This document shows, one piece after another, positions 63,893-64,000 of a DNA stretch of 64,000 bases. This stretch comes from Acidobacteriota bacterium (lineage in GTDB: Bacteria; Acidobacteriota; UBA890; WLXD01): assembly GCA_963666055.2 (NCBI GenBank), contig CAXWPH010000003.1, positions 96,001 to 160,000 of the forward strand, written 5' to 3'. The notes under the pieces were generated by a model that had not been told where the DNA came from, made no database searches, and worked only from the letters and a program-made list of their open reading frames with translations. Within the stretch, counting starts at the first letter, position 1. Every line of letters begins with the position of its first letter. A program made the position numbers and the translations under genes.

Positions 63893-64000
63893 TGCGGCGA
63901 GATAGGTCCTACGGAGCGTTCTGGCGCACTCTGCCGGTGGCGCTGACGGTCTTGGTAGCGGGGTTGGTGGGGTCTGCCTGCATGGAAGACGACATGCTCG
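63889..64000 (+). CDS. Start of a putative lipoprotein, truncated by the window edge
   Basis: ATGA overlap; MMRRDRSYGAFWRTLPVALTVLVAGLVGSAC (lipobox-like); frame open to the end. Confidence 0.5.
   Translation, partial: MMRRDRSYGAFWRTLPVALTVLVAGLVGSACMEDDML

Overview
A GC-rich bacterial chromosomal window. By eye it is about two-thirds GC. The gene content (Ser/Thr kinase-TonB fusion, stand-alone recombinase-domain protein, OmpH, LVIVD propellers) suggests a diderm such as Acidobacteriota, which is inference only. Most of the window is metabolic or housekeeping: aldehyde dehydrogenase, gdhA plus a PPDK_N/receiver protein, thiC, ppx/sixA/ppk, a 15-kb complex I cluster, apbE, guaA, DPP-IV, pdxH, kinases, transporters and arfB. 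Six things stand out. (1) A ~455-nt non-coding element at 38719-39181, closed by a 15-bp terminal helix and a T7 tract and built from repeated GNRA-capped hairpins with purine-rich internal loops; it is a candidate large ornate ncRNA. (2) A DUF3179 lipoprotein split by an in-frame TGA followed by a SECIS-like hairpin, a probable selenoprotein. (3) A permuted complex I operon with four antiporter-like subunits, an extended lateral helix, fused NuoEF, inserts in NuoC and NuoD, and no nuoB. (4) An orphan integron gene cassette (NIPSNAP plus attC). (5) A modular CTAG-targeting MITE family. (6) Many clean gene truncations and single-base frameshifts that may reflect genome erosion or assembly/sequencing artefacts. 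All calls are by eye; no searches or folding programs were run.
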